A stretch of 64,000 bases of DNA, from the NCBI GenBank assembly GCA_951406725.2, contig OX597832.1, forward strand, positions 57,474,001 through 57,538,000, read 5' to 3'. The position numbers and the translations under genes were made by a program. This stretch comes from Octopus vulgaris. Lineage: Eukaryota. The notes below the pieces were generated by a model. That model had not been told where the DNA came from, did not search any database, and worked only from the letters and a program-made list of their open reading frames with translations. Position 1 is the stretch's first letter, and every line of letters begins with the position of its first letter. This document shows positions 1 to 13,117 of the stretch, piece by piece.

Positions 1-19
1 GTTTTGAATAATGTTCATG

Positions 20-399
20 AGTTTAATCACACACACACATATCTTTACATATATACAAATATCAACACATAGACTTACATACATATACACGCAACTTCAC
101 ATGTGAATATGAACGCATTCTTATGTACATACATATTCGCATACATACAAATACCAACAAATATTTATGCACACACTCACACATTCTCATAGGTATAAAT
201 GTGAAAACATTCTTACACATACACACACACAAGTGTGAACATAGACTCACATACACATAGTCATACAGACAAATACGAACACAGGCTTATGTACATGCAC
301 ATACGCACGCATTCACACATGCATACAGATATCAACACCTATACTTACATACACATATATGCACACACATTTGCAGGCATGTAAATATTAAACAAATAT

Positions 400-454
<55 letters not shown>

Positions 455-880
455 CTCACACATCTTCACACACATACAGGTGTGAACATATACTGACGTA
501 CATACGCACACATACACATACAGAGGTACAGACAAATACGAACACTTATGCTTATGTTCACACACACATGCACCCACACACACACACACAGACATACAAA
601 TACAAACACCTATACTTACATAGACACATACATACGCACACACTTACACACATTCACATGCATGTAGATATCGAACGCATACTTACATACACATATGCAC
701 TCCTCATACAGTCACATACATACAGGCACTGAACACTTGTACTAACACACACACACATGCATTTACATACGCACACATACAAACTCTTATTCCTAAGTAC
801 ATCTACATACACACGCATACACACATGCATGCACACCCATGTACGCAATGTACCTGTACCTGCTCACATATGCGAACACC
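20..880. repeat. CA-rich compound microsatellite with degenerate ~265-bp higher-order repeat
   Basis: Pure (CA)n at ~401-450; motif TACAGACAAATACGAACAC recurs at ~265 and ~527; AACAC[A/C]TA[G/T]ACTTACATA recurs at ~64, ~334, ~605. Confidence 0.85.
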
Positions 881-1415
881 TCCATGCACCCGCGCAGCGT
901 GCCTCGCAAAGATATGCTAAACCCCTAACACAGCATCTAGTGATGCTACGTTCCATTTTTCAATAAGTATGTTCCCTTAACAACAACAACAGCAACAACA
1001 ACAACCACAGCTGGTCCCTTACTGCCCCTTTCTACTCCCTACTGAAATAAAAGTCCCATTTATTACACAGGAAGCCAAATAAATTGCAGGTTGCATTTTC
1101 TTCAGCGAGAGGCTGGCGGCAGTGGAGAAAGGGGAGGAATTGGATAATGACCTTTCGTGTGAAACATCGCCATGGTATTGGAGGAAGTGTGTTTGTGTAC
1201 GTGTGTGTTTGCGGTTGTGCGTGTGGGGTTTGGGCGGGGTTGTATGGGGGGTTGGGGTCGGGGAGGGAAGTTTCTGCAGCTGCTGTTAGGTTAGTGCACT
1301 TGCTGTAACCAAGATGGTATTATGATGCAGGCATGTTTTTTATTTTACCTTTTCACACTGATCAGTCAGCCATCCTCACCATCTTTCTCTTGCTTTCACT
1401 GTTTCTCTCTGTATG

Positions 1416-1450
<35 letters not shown>

Positions 1451-1802
1451 ACATGTGTGTTTATTTGTGTGTGTGGATATATATATATATATATATATAC
1501 ATATGTGAATATATAAATGTTTCTATAAATGTGTACATGTGTGTATACACATGCTCGCACACATGCACGTGCACACACACACATACACATTCATGCATAT
1601 ACATTTTTTTCTCTCACATTCTGTAATAAATATATCTATATACCATCACCATCATTATCAGCATTTATCACATATATATACATGTGTATTCTTTCATTCT
1701 CTGTGCTTGTATTTATATATATGTATATATATATACACACAAACACATACATACATACACATGCGCACACACACACGTGTATTATATATATATATATGTG
1801 TA

Positions 1803-2106
1803 TGTGGAGGCGCAAAGACCCAGTGGTTAGGGCAGCGGACTCGCGGTCGTAGGATCGTGGTTTCGATTTCCAGAAAGGGTGTTGTGAGTGTTTAATGAGC
1901 TTAAACACCTAAAGCTCCACGAGACTCCGGCAGGGGGTGGTGGCGATCCCTGCTGTACTCTTTCGCCGGAGCTTTCTCCCACTCTTCCTTCTGTTGGCCT
2001 GCTTGCTTAGCCAGAGGGGTGGCGTCATTCGAAGGCTAAAACAATGTGAACACATTTTGACCAGTGATGTGTAGCAACATCTGATGGTCTGGTCTGTCAC
2101 GTGATA
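1803..2106 (+). mobile_element. tRNA-derived SINE, family A (tail type 1)
   Basis: Head GGAGGCGCAAAGACCCAGTGGTTAGGGCAGCGGACTCGCGGTCGTAGGATCGTGGTTTCGATTTCC with A/B-box-like motifs; same head at 24371, 35722, 46351 (+) and ~7552 (-); tail recurs at 21968-22086 (-). Resembles described octopus tRNA-SINEs, exact family not assignable by eye. Confidence 0.85.
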
Positions 2107-2149
2107 TATATATACACACATGTGCACACACACACGCACACATGTGTAT

Positions 2150-2182
<33 letters not shown>

Positions 2183-2664
2183 CTGCCCTTATGACAAGTA
2201 GATCTGGCAGTGGTTGTCCTTTCATCTTTGGTTTGTATTCTCTTCTCACTGGTTTTAAGCCTTTGAATGGCCTGCATTTAATTTCCTTTCTTTTCATTTC
2301 ACCCTAACCTCCACCCCCCCCCGTTTTAATTAGTTCGATAATTTAAGGACTGAGAAAGAATTCATTACTATTTTTTTGTTATCATTTTTGTTACTTAATA
2401 TCATCATCATCATCGTTATTAGTGGTATTTTGACCCCCCCCCATCTGTCATCATTGAAGAAATAAAAGCTCTTTGGCAGAATCATTAGCACACTGTACAA
2501 ATGGCTGTGCATGTGATTTGACTTTACGTTCTGAGTTCAAATTCTGTCAAGGCTGGCATTGCCATTTATTCTTTCTAGTCCTCTTACCCAAAATGTTTGG
2601 TCTTGTGCCTATAGTGGAAAGGAGTATAATAATAATAATAATTATTATTATTATTATCATTATT

Positions 2665-2829
2665 AGGTGCAGGAGTGGCTGTGTGGTAAGTAGCTTGCTT
2701 ACCAACCACATGGTCCTGGGCTCAGTCCCGCTGCGTGGCACCTTGGGCAAGTGTCTTCTACTATAGCCTCAGGCTGATCAAAGCCTTGTGAGTGGATTTG
2801 GTAGACAGAAACTGGAAGAAACCTGTTAT
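2665..2829 (+). mobile_element. CORE-like SINE, family C, 5' half
   Basis: AGGTGCAGGAGTGGCTGTGTGGTAAG...GGCTCAGTCCC...CACCTTGGGCAAGTG; CCTTGGGCAAGT resembles the MIR/CORE domain; more than 10 copies in the window. Confidence 0.85.
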
Positions 2830-2845
2830 GTATGTGTGTATATGT

Positions 2846-2878
<33 letters not shown>

Positions 2879-3084
2879 GTCAATCCAAACATGCACAAGC
2901 AAGAAAAAACAACGCGAGGACATGTTATATTCTTTGATTATCTCCCTTGAAAACACGTTCATCTTTCCCACATAACCTATGGTGTCTTTGGTGTTTCCAA
3001 AGTTTATTTTCGTTTCTCTATTAGTAATTTTACTCGCGTATCTATCTTAAGATGAGCTGCTTAGTGGAGGTCTGTGGAGGATGA

Positions 3085-3565
3085 CATGACAAGCCTTGAC
3101 TGTTGGGATCGACACAAATAGCTCAGGCTTTGCTCCCACCACTGCCACTGTGAGCTCTATATCATCTTTATGATGCAGAAAATATTCCATGAACATTGCC
3201 CATCTTTGAAATCTGTTCGAGGCTTGGCCCCTGTGCCATCCGTCCACTACAGAAATGTTTGAGTCATATCACAACACTATGATAGAACTATTTCACCTCA
3301 ATTGGCCCTGCTCTCTTCAACATTGTACCAGACACATAAAGGAGGAAAGTGACTTCACGGCATTCAAATGATCCCTAGATAATTAACCCCAACAAATACC
3401 AGATAAACCACCCACACCCAGATATGTCTCTGATAACAATATCTCTCTGCGTGAATGGGCTATGGTTCCCCAGAGCCGACTGTGTATCTCTTCCATGTGG
3501 TGCTATTAAATTAGACATGGCTTGAGTCAACTTCGGCCGAAACTTATCTAAGTAATCTAATCTAT
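3085..3565 (+). pseudogene. Decayed 3' end of a CR1-clade (CR1/L2/Crack-like) LINE ORF2
   Basis: Manual translation: SLDCWDRHK*LRLCSHHCHCELYIIFMMQKIFHEHCP...NYFTSIGPALFNIVP...IKEESDFTAFK*SLDN...QQIPDKPPTPRYVSDNNISLREWA, matching the typical LYSLQRRRERY...GPRLFN.LP...FK..LD C-terminus; stops and frameshifts; tandem tail ATCTAAGTAATCTAATCTA. Confidence 0.8.
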
Positions 3566-3856
3566 GCTGTAACCTTTTAATCAAAGCATGACAATGTGGG
3601 TAGAGGCTGATATCTTAACATTTCTGATGGTCTTAAGTATAAAAAAAATTATTAAAGATTTATATAGAACTACATTCAGAGTATGTCTATATTCTATTGT
3701 GTTTAGACCTGGTTTCTATCCTCAAACTGTTCCGTTTTCTAGATGCAATTTTTTTTGTTTTAATAAAGCACTCTGAAATTAGAAAAATCAAAAATCTGCA
3801 ACAATCTTGGTCCCATGAGTATCGGATAATGAATTTTTAACTATGTAAAGAAACTA

Positions 3857-4392
3857 ATTGTGGTGATCGTAGTTTTGACGATGATTGTGGTGATCGTAGT
3901 TTTGACGGTGATTGTGGTTATTGTAGTTTTGATGGTGATTGTTGTTTTGATGGTGAATGTGGTGATTGTAGTTTTGACAGTGATTGTGGTGATCATAGTT
4001 TTGACGGTGATTGTGGTGATCATAGTTTTGACATTGATTGTGGTGATCGTAGTTTTTACAGTGATTGTGGTGGTCGTAGTTTTGACAGTGATTGTGGTGA
4101 TTGTAGTTTTGACAGTGATTGTGGTGATCGTAGTTTTGACATTGATTGTGGTGATCATAGTTTTGACAGTGATTGTGGTGATCTTAGTTTTGACAGTGAT
4201 TGTGGTGATTGTAGTTTTGACAGTAATTGTGGTGATCGTAGTTTTGACGGTGATTGTGGTGATTGTGGTGATCATAGTCTTGACAGTGATTGTGGTGATC
4301 ATAGTTTTGACAGTGATTGTGGTGATCATAGCTTTGACGATGATTGTGGTGATCATAGCTTTGACGGTGATTGAGGTGATTGTAGTTTTGAC
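3857..4392. repeat. 27-bp minisatellite, ~20 copies
   Basis: Unit GATTGTGGTGATCATAGTTTTGACAGT; 9-aa periodicity in ORFs on both strands (TITTITVKT / VIVVIIVLT). Confidence 0.95.
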
Positions 4393-5164
4393 TTTTGCCA
4401 GCGTTAGTTTGGGAAATTGGGCGATTTTCAGCATGCGTGTATATGGGTGGAAATTCCACACTACCTTGTCCCTCTCTGAGTGCTTTTCTAGCTTTAGCCC
4501 TTGTGGCCAATAAAAGAGTTAATTGTTATTATTATTATTTACCTATCATTTACTTGGCGTTGTAAGCCTATAGTTTCTTGATAAATTCTATTGCTTAGCC
4601 TTTGTTAAAAGATTCCACACTACCTTGTCCCTCCCTCTCTCTCTCTCCTCCTCCTCCTCCTAACCTTTATTTGTTATGCCATATTTCTTTACACAATAAA
4701 TCTCTATTTTCCAACCTGACGGACCCCCCTCCCCCAGACCCCCGGACCGTTTCAAGCAAGTTCAGTGGAGGGATTGTATTAAATTCCTCTTTGGTTTCAG
4801 AGTGAATCTCATTATTTTTATCTCCCTGACATTTCCCTGCCCCCACCCCCGCACCCCCACCCCCCGCGCTCCCATCCGGATGCCAAATTTTCTTTGCCTC
4901 CACCTATCAGCAGTTTGCTAATTGCTTGCTACCAATTGCAAACGATAAACACACCAACTTTGCAGACAATTTAAACGTGTCAAAACCACATTTCGAAAAC
5001 TTTGTCTAACCCTTGAACTGGAACAAAATTCTATAAATCATGTGGTAACTTTGTTGGTGTTGTTGTTGTTGCTGCTGTTGCTGTTGTTGTTGTTGTTTGC
5101 TTAGGTGTTTTTTTTTTCTTTTTTTAAGATTTTCTTTTTAAACAGTGAATAATCTGTATAAGGA

Positions 5165-5390
5165 CCGTTGCTGCTGTTACCGCTGCAGTTACCACCACCA
5201 CCACCTCCACCACCGCTACTTCTATTACTACTACCACCACCTCCACCACCACCGCCTCTACTACTAGTACTACCACCACCATCACCACCACTACTACTAC
5301 TACCTCCACCACATATTGCCAACACCATCACTACCACCTCCACCACCACATCTCTACAGCCACCACCTCCATTGCCACTACCTCTACTAC
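5165..5390. repeat. (ACC/ACT)n trinucleotide low-complexity tract
   Basis: Direct reading; similar tract at 8095-8510. Confidence 0.9.
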
Positions 5391-5419
5391 AGAGCCAAGT
5401 GAGTTTATACACAACTATA

Positions 5420-5464
<45 letters not shown>

Positions 5465-6371
5465 TAATAAATAAAACATATGCATATATATATACGTATA
5501 TGTACGTACATACCTCTACATGTATATATACACGCACATATGGGTACAGGACACCAAAAAAACGTCGAACACAATGAGAAACGAAAACATAAACAAAAAA
5601 CCAAGGAACTGGACATTTTTCTTAAACAACAAAAAAATAGAGTACAGGACAAATAACACAAGGAAAATTCTCTTTCTTCATTGCCATATATATATATATG
5701 TGTGCACACACACATAAATATATTATCATCATTGTCTTGATCCTAATGTCTATGTTCCATGCTGGCAAGGCTTGGACGGTCTGAGAAGGATCCAAAGAGT
5801 CAAAGACTGCATCATACTCTACTGTCTGATTTGGCGTGGTTTCTATGGCTTGATGTCCTTCCTAACACCACCCACTTAACACTGTGCACTGGGTGCTTTG
5901 TTTTCCCTGCAGCAGCACAACCAGGGTTGTCATGCAGCTTACAAATCAATGAACCCAGGAAGGGAGGATGGTGTCTCTTTATGTTTGATGGGGGTCGAGG
6001 TATGAGGGAAGAGTTTCGGGTGGAGCAGGTTCTTGTAGAGATGCTCCTCTCTCATTTTCTCTCTCCCTCTCTCTGCTGCTCTCTTTTTTATTGGCCCAGA
6101 AAGGATGAAAGGCAAAGTTGATCTCAGCAGGATTTTGAGCTCAGAACACAATGAGTTAGTACAAATATATATATACACACACAGATATATATAAACATCT
6201 ATATACATCTATATATATATATAGATATATATATATAGATGTATATACTTTGCCTTTCATCCTTTCTGGGCCGATATATATATAGATATATATATATAAA
6301 CATATATATATATACATATATATATAAACATACATACATATACATATGTATATAGGTGTGTGTGTATGTGT

Positions 6372-6680
6372 ATGTGAAGGCGCATGGCCCAGTGGTTAGA
6401 GCATTGAGCTTACAATCATGAGGTTGTGAGTTCGATTCCCGGACTGGGCTGCATGTTGTGTTCTTGAGCAAGTCATTTTATTTCATGTTGCTCTAGTTAA
6501 CTCTGTAGAAATTAGTTGTGACATCACTGGTGCCAAGCTGTATCGGCCTTTGGCTTTCCTTTGGATGACATCAGTGGCATGGAGAGGAAAGGCTGGTATG
6601 CATGGGTGAGTGCTGGTCTTCCATAAACAACCTTGCTTGGACTTGTGCCTCGGAGGGTAACTTTCTAGATGCAATATATA
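6372..6680 (+). mobile_element. tRNA-derived SINE, family B
   Basis: GTGAAGGCGCATGGCCCAGTGGTTAGAGC (A box), GAGTTCGATTCC (B box), GTTGTGTTCTTGAGCAAG; homologues at 37215-37460 (+) and 54150-54961 (-). Confidence 0.85.
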
Positions 6681-6699
6681 CCCTTTAATTGTTGGGCAA

Positions 6700-7003
6700 A
6701 ATACTGTGCTTGAGAAGATCTGTTGAGTCAAGTGAAATCGTTTTCATGGCTGATGTCTGTACAGCCTGACTGAAACCTGTGGCCTGTGCCAGTGCTGCCT
6801 GACTAGCCCCTGTGCCAGTGGCATTTAAAAAGCCCCCCACTCACAACCCTCTTGGAGTGGTTAGTGTTAGGAAGGGCATCCAGCTGTAGAAATCTTGCCA
6901 GATCAGATTGGATCCTGGTGCTGCCTCCTGGCTTACCAGTCCTCAGCCAAACTGTCTAGCCCATGCCAGCATGGAAAGCAGACATTAAACGATGATCATG
7001 ATG
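6700..7003 (+). mobile_element. Non-autonomous retroposon, family D (RTE-like motif, (GAT)n tail)
   Basis: GAGTGGTTAGTGTTAGGAAGGGCATCCAGCTGTAGAAA...CCCATGCCAGCATGGAAAGCAGACATTAAACGATGAT; AGGAAGGGCATCC recalls RTE-clade untranslated regions; about a dozen copies (e.g. 5740-5890 -, 9725-9860 +, 12125-12585 -, 28380-28645 -, 31280-31448 +). Confidence 0.75.
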
Positions 7004-7164
7004 ATTATATATATATATATATATACATACAATGGGCTTCTTTTGGTTTGTCTACCAAATTCATATACATACATACACACACACACACATACATACATAC
7101 ACACACATACATACATACATACATACACACATAATACATACATACATACATACATACATACATA

Positions 7165-7552
7165 CATAGGAGCACAGTGCCGGTTATGATGATGAGGGTC
7201 CCAGCTGATACGATCAACGGAACAGCTTCCTTGTGAAATTGATGTGCAAGTGGCTGAGCACTCCACAGACATGTGTACCCTTAATGTAGTTCTTGGGTAG
7301 ATTCAGCACGACACTGAGTATGACAAGGCTGGCCCTTTGAAATACAGGTATACCAGAAACAGGAAGAAAGAGTAAGAGAAAGTTGTGGTGAAGGAGTACA
7401 GCAGGGTTCACCATCACGACCCCCAGCCGGAGCCTCGTTGAGCTCTAGGTGTTTATGCTCAATAAACACTCACAACTCTTGGTCTGGGAATCGAAGCCGC
7501 GATCCTATGACCGTGAGTCCACTGCCCTAACAACTGGGCTATTGCACCTCTG
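7165..7552 (-). mobile_element. Composite SINE: family A head joined to a different body
   Basis: 7360-7552 is the reverse complement of the family A head; 7165-7350 matches the body at 43110-43271 and 46680-46860. Confidence 0.7.
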
Positions 7553-8798
7553 CACACACACACACACACACATCATCATCTGTCTTCCATGCATGTATGG
7601 GATGGGTAAGACTTAATAGGAGCTGGCCAGATAGAAGATCACCCCAGGCTGCTCTATCTCTTTTGGCAGGGTTTTTACAGCTGGCTGCCCTTCTTAACAC
7701 TTACCACTGTGTGTGTATCTGTCTGTGTTTGTCCCCTACCACAACTTGACAACTAGTGTTGATTGGTTTATGTCCCCCATAACTTAGCCGTTCAGTAAAA
7801 GTGAAAAGGGACCAACAGAAAAAGTTTGAAACTAAAAAATTTAGTAAAAAAAAAAATCCTGGCATAGATTTGTTGGATTAAAAATTGAAGGTGGTGCTGC
7901 AGCATGGCCACAGTCTAATTAATGACTTAGACAGGTAAAAGATATGACCTGTCTGAATGGCTGGCAGACCTCGCTTAAATTCCTGTGTGTTGTCTTATAT
8001 CGGCGGGTGCGAACTTGGTTATTCAGGGTGGGTGATCACGACACTGATACACCTTTGATCATTAGAGCTTGATGAGGGCTGACCCAGGGCTACCAACACT
8101 ACCACCACCATCACTACCATCACCGCTGCCGACGCCACCACCATCAGCACTACTACTACTACTACTATAGCTGCTGCTGCTGCTTCTATTACTAACTACT
8201 ACCATCACCACTATCACTGCTGCCACTGCTACTACCACTACCACCACTACCAATACTACTGCTGCTGCTATTACTAGCTACTACCATCACCACTACCACT
8301 ACTGCTACTAGCCACTACTACTACTACCACTGCTGCCACAGCCACTCGCTATTACTACTACCACTCGCTACTACTACTACTACTACTGTCACTAGCCACT
8401 GGTACTACTAGCATCACCACCACCACTATCACTGCTGCCACTACTACTACTACTACAACAACAAATACTACTGCTGTTACTACTACTACTGCCACCGCCA
8501 CAGTTACAAGTGCTAATTATAATGTTTGTGTTTGTTTACATTTTATTAAACTGTTTCTGTTGTTATTCTGTGATTGGAGTTGTTGGAGGTTTTTATTGAT
8601 TTAATCAAGTGAGGAGTTAATTGTAAGAAAATTAATTAAATAATGTTTTTAATTCAGTTTATGGTAAAAAAAAACAAAACAAAAAAAAGCATTGCGTTTT
8701 TGTTTTAAGTCTAAATGCTTCAGATGAAGTTTACTTTGCCGGAAGAGAATCGCATATTGATGGTGAGGGAGGACGATAATGATGTTGTTGGTGTTGTT

Positions 8799-9344
8799 GT
8801 TTAGCTTGAGATGACATCTGATCTAGCAGGTCTTTGATCAAAGCAGTTCTACTCGTGACCATCCTGTTTGAAAACACATTGGAAATTGAGATGGTATGGT
8901 ATCGATGTTATCGTTGTTGATGGTGATGATGATGATGATGATGATGGTGTTTAGCACCAGGTTACATCTAATCCAGCAGATTTATGATCCGAATGGTTCC
9001 ACTTGAGACCACCCCATCTGAAAACACATTGGAAATCGAGATGGTATGGTATCGATGTTATCGTTATCGATGGTGATGATGATGATGATGACGATGATGA
9101 TGATGGAGATGAGGATGATGAGGATGACAACGATGACAATGATGATGATGATGATGACAACGATGATGATGATGGAGAGGATGATGATGACGATGATGAT
9201 GATGATAAGGATGATGATGATGATGACAAGGATGATGATGATGGTGTTTAGCTCCAGGTTACATCTGATCCAGCAGATGTATGATCCGAATGGTTCCATT
9301 TGTGACCACCCCCTCTGAAAACACATTGGAAATCAAGATGGTGT
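8799..9344. repeat. Three tandem ~100-120-bp units separated by variable (GAT)n tracts
   Basis: GTTTAGC...ACATCT[A/G]ATC[C/T]AGCAG...TGAAAACACATTGGAAAT..AGATGGT starts at 8799, 8949 and 9246. Confidence 0.9.
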
Positions 9345-9461
9345 ATTTTCACAGAAGTATGGTGAAAGAACAAAGGGGTTAACTTGAGCTAAACTAAACC
9401 CTTCCATCAAAATTTCATGTTAATTAAAGGTCCATATGCTAGGTTAGCAATCTTCTATCTT

Positions 9462-9874
9462 TAATGTTTTACCTGTTTCAGTCATTAGACTGCGGCCATG
9501 CTGAGGCACCACCTTGAAATTTTAGTTGAATTAATTGACCCCAGTAATTATTTTTTCAAGCCTGGTACTTTTCTATCGGTCTCTTTTGGCAAACTGCTAA
9601 GTTATGGGAATGTAAACAAACAAACACCGACTGTCAAGTGGTGATGGGAAGACAAACACAAATACACACACACACGCACACTCACACACACACACACACG
9701 CACACACACACATACATACATATGAAAGGCCATCCAGCTGTAAAAACCTTGCCAAATCAGATTGGAACCTGTTGCAGCCTCCCAGCTTGCCAGTGCTCAG
9801 TCAAACCATCCAACCTATGCCACCATGGAAAGTGGACGTTAAATGATGATGATGATGATGATATATATACATAT

Positions 9875-9915
<41 letters not shown>

Positions 9916-10060
9916 AGACGGGCTTCTTTCAGTTTCCGTCTACCAAATCCACTCACAAGGCTATGGTCAGCCCGAGGGTATAGCAGAGAACACTTGCCCA
10001 AGGTGCCATGCAGTGGGACTGAACCCGAAACCATTTGGTTGGGAAGCTAGCTTCTTACCA
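9462..10060 (-). mobile_element. Family C SINE with a family D element nested in its internal microsatellite
   Basis: 3' half 9462-9660 and 5' half 9916-10060 on -, family D fragment 9725-9860 on + between them; another 5' half at 10120-10280. Confidence 0.75.
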
Positions 10061-10581
10061 TACGATTTAGATGTATTTCTCCATTTTCTTATCTTGTATA
10101 TATATATGTATATATACATTGGGCCTCTTTCAGTTTCCATCAACCATTTCCACTCACAAGGCTTTGGTTGGCCTGAGGCTATAGCAGAGCACACTTCCCC
10201 AAGGTGCCATACATTGGGACTGAATCCGGATCCATGTGGTTGGGTAGCAGGCTTATTACCTCACACCCACTCCTGCATCTATAATGGTAGCCGTGTTTCA
10301 ACAGAAATATGGTAACAAAACGGTTAGAGTGATCTAAATAAACATTCCGTCAGAATTGCTTGTTAATTTATGTTCCAAATACTAGGTTAGTATTTTAGTA
10401 AATTCTTCACAATCTAAAAAATTTATTGAAACAAAAGTAGTAATTTTTCAAAGAAATATGGTAATGGAAGAGTTACAATGGTAATGCTTGTGTAAATAGA
10501 ACAGCAGACAACTCAGCCATGACCAACAATACTGACAAAAGGAAATAATAAAGCAACAATAAATAAAGTATACACCACAAT

Positions 10582-10841
10582 AGATTAATCACTCATCAAC
10601 TAAGGATGACAATGTAAGAGAAAACCAGAAAATAGAGGTGACAATAGCAAAATCAATCAATACAGAGATCAATGGAATTACTGTCTCCCCACCCATGTTG
10701 GGAAATAATGGCCAAGTATGATGAGGGCCATCAGGAAATTCTTTCCTCTGAAATAAATCCAAACATCGATAGCTTAAATGACCTGATTTATTTAGAAGCC
10801 AGAAGAGAATCAATGGAAATTAGGTTTGGACCCTAATGGAA
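10582..10841. repeat. Local duplication copy 1 (~260 bp non-TE-like sequence)
   Basis: Aligns end to end with 12730-12990, roughly 85% identical by eye. Confidence 0.9.
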
Positions 10842-10847
10842 CGAGGC

Positions 10848-11064
10848 ACCCCACACACCATACACACACATGCACACACACACACACACACACACAGACT
10901 CACACACACACTCACACACACATACACACACACGCACACACACGCACACACACACATACACACACACATACACACACACTCACACACACACACACACACT
11001 CACACACACTCACACTCACACACACACACACATACACACACACACTCACACACACACATACACA

Positions 11065-11112
<48 letters not shown>
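10848..11112. repeat. (CA)n microsatellite
   Basis: Direct reading; followed by (TCTA/TCCA)n at ~11615-11935. Confidence 0.95.
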
Positions 11113-11117
<5 letters not shown>

Positions 11118-12729
11118 AAGAAGAATAAAATAGAAAAAGAAAAAAAGGAAAGAAAGTGTATAATTCAAGATTGATGAAAAGAGAGGTCTTTTTATTATTC
11201 AGTTTAATAGTATGAGAGAGGAAGAGAGAAAGGGTGATAGAGAGAGAGAGAGAGAGAATATGTAATATGTAATTAGCTGTAATTATATTTTTGGTAGCAC
11301 TTAAACCTAACATTAAACTAACTCTCCAACATTTAAACTGGCCATATTTGGATGAGATATTTTGCCTGTTTTCTGTTCAAACTGACCAGATCTAGCCTCT
11401 TGTACCTAACCTATAATATCAAATTAAAAATGTCTCTGTATATATATATGTGTGTGTGTGTGTAATTAGCCTGTCCACCAGATCAGTGGGATGGTATAAT
11501 CCAAAAAAGCTCCAACTGTGTGACAAAGAGGTTAGGGACCAGGAGTGTATAACCATGTCCAACAGTCTGGCTGACAGTGATGTGTGTGTGTGTGTGTGTG
11601 TGTGTGAGTGTGAGTGTATCTATCTATCTCTCCGTCTGTCTATCTGTCTATCTATCTGTCTGTGTGTCTATCTCTCTGTTTCTCTCTCTCTATCCTCTAT
11701 CCATCCATCCATCCCTCTATCCATTCATCCATCCATCCATCTATCTGCCCGTCTGTCTATCTATCTATAGCTTTGTTTCTCTCTCTGTCTCTCTTTCTAT
11801 CTATCGATCCATCTACCCTTCCATCCATCTGTCCCTCTGTCCGTCCATCCGTCTGTCTGTCTACCTACCTCCCTGTTTCTCACTCTCTGTTTCTCTCTCT
11901 CTCCATCCATCCATCCATTCGTCTGTCTGTCTATAAAATAACAAAGGCAGCTACAAGCAATATAAAACCAAAAACAAAAGAATCACTTGTCATTAATTGT
12001 GACTGAGGGTGCCAGGTAACACCTATATTGCTAGAAATAAGAGTTAAAATCTCTTAGAACCACAAGAAAGCACATTTTCATATACTGACAGGGGAGATAA
12101 CCATCTCGTGAATCATATGTATATGACTGAGGTCTGGCGAAGCAGATGGCTGCACCCGACTCCAGTCTGATCTGGCAGAGTTTCTACAGCTGGATGCCCT
12201 TTCTAACGCCAAACACTCCAAGAGTGTAGTGGGAGTTTTTATGTGCCACTGGCATGAGGGCCAGTCAGGTGGTACTGGCAACAGCCACACTCAAATGGGG
12301 CTTTTTATGTACCACCTGCATAGGAGCCAGTCCAGCAGCACTAGCAATGACTTTGCTCGAATTTTTTTCCACGTGCCACCAGCACAAGTGCCAGTAAAGC
12401 GACGCAGGTAACGATCAGGCTCAAATGGTGCTTTTTACATGCCACCGGCATGGAGACCAGCTTGTTTTTCTGGTAATGATCATGCTCGGATGGTACTCTT
12501 AGTGCTCCACTAGCACGGATGCCAGTCATCGAATTTGATTTCGATGTCACTTGCCTCAGCAGGTCTTTGCAAGCAGAGTTTAGTGGCAAAAAGTGACCGA
12601 TAGAATAAGTACTAGGCTTACAAAGAATAAGTCCTGGGGTTGATTTGCTCGACTAAAGGTGGTGCTCCAGCATGGCCACAGTCAAATGACTGAAACAAAT
12701 AAAAGAATAAAAGAATAATACATTACAGC

Positions 12730-12990
12730 AGATTAATCAGAAAGTAAATAAAGATAACAATGGAAGAGAAACCGGGAAAAATAGAGGTGGCACTAGCAAA
12801 ATCAATCAATACAGAGATCAATGGAATTACTTTCTCCCCACTCATGCTGGGAAATAATGGCCAAATAGAATGAAGACCACCAGGAAATTCCTTCCTCTGA
12901 AATAAATCCAAACATCAATAACTTAAATGACCTGATTTATTCAGTAGCCAGAAGAGAATCAAAGGAAATTAGGTTTGGACGCTAATGGAA
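12730..12990. repeat. Local duplication copy 2
   Basis: Shares AAATAGAGGTG..A.TAGCAAAATCAATCAATACAGAGATCAATGGAATTACT...CCTCTGAAATAAATCCAAACATC...GGAAATTAGGTTTGGAC with 10582-10841. Confidence 0.9.
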
Positions 12991-13117
12991 TAAGGGATGC
13001 CACCAACAGATATGAGCCCCAAAGAATTTTTTACAAATTGGATGAAAATATGTTGTTATTCTCAATTGGTATATTTGGACTTGTTCAATTATATTGGTGT
13101 TTAGTATTGACCGTTCT

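Noticed and set aside
3841-4513. Thr-rich repeat protein (TITTITVKT), mucin- or antifreeze-like
   Set aside because: Both strands are open because the 27-bp unit is stop-free; no signal peptide, splice context or ATG-led unique domain.
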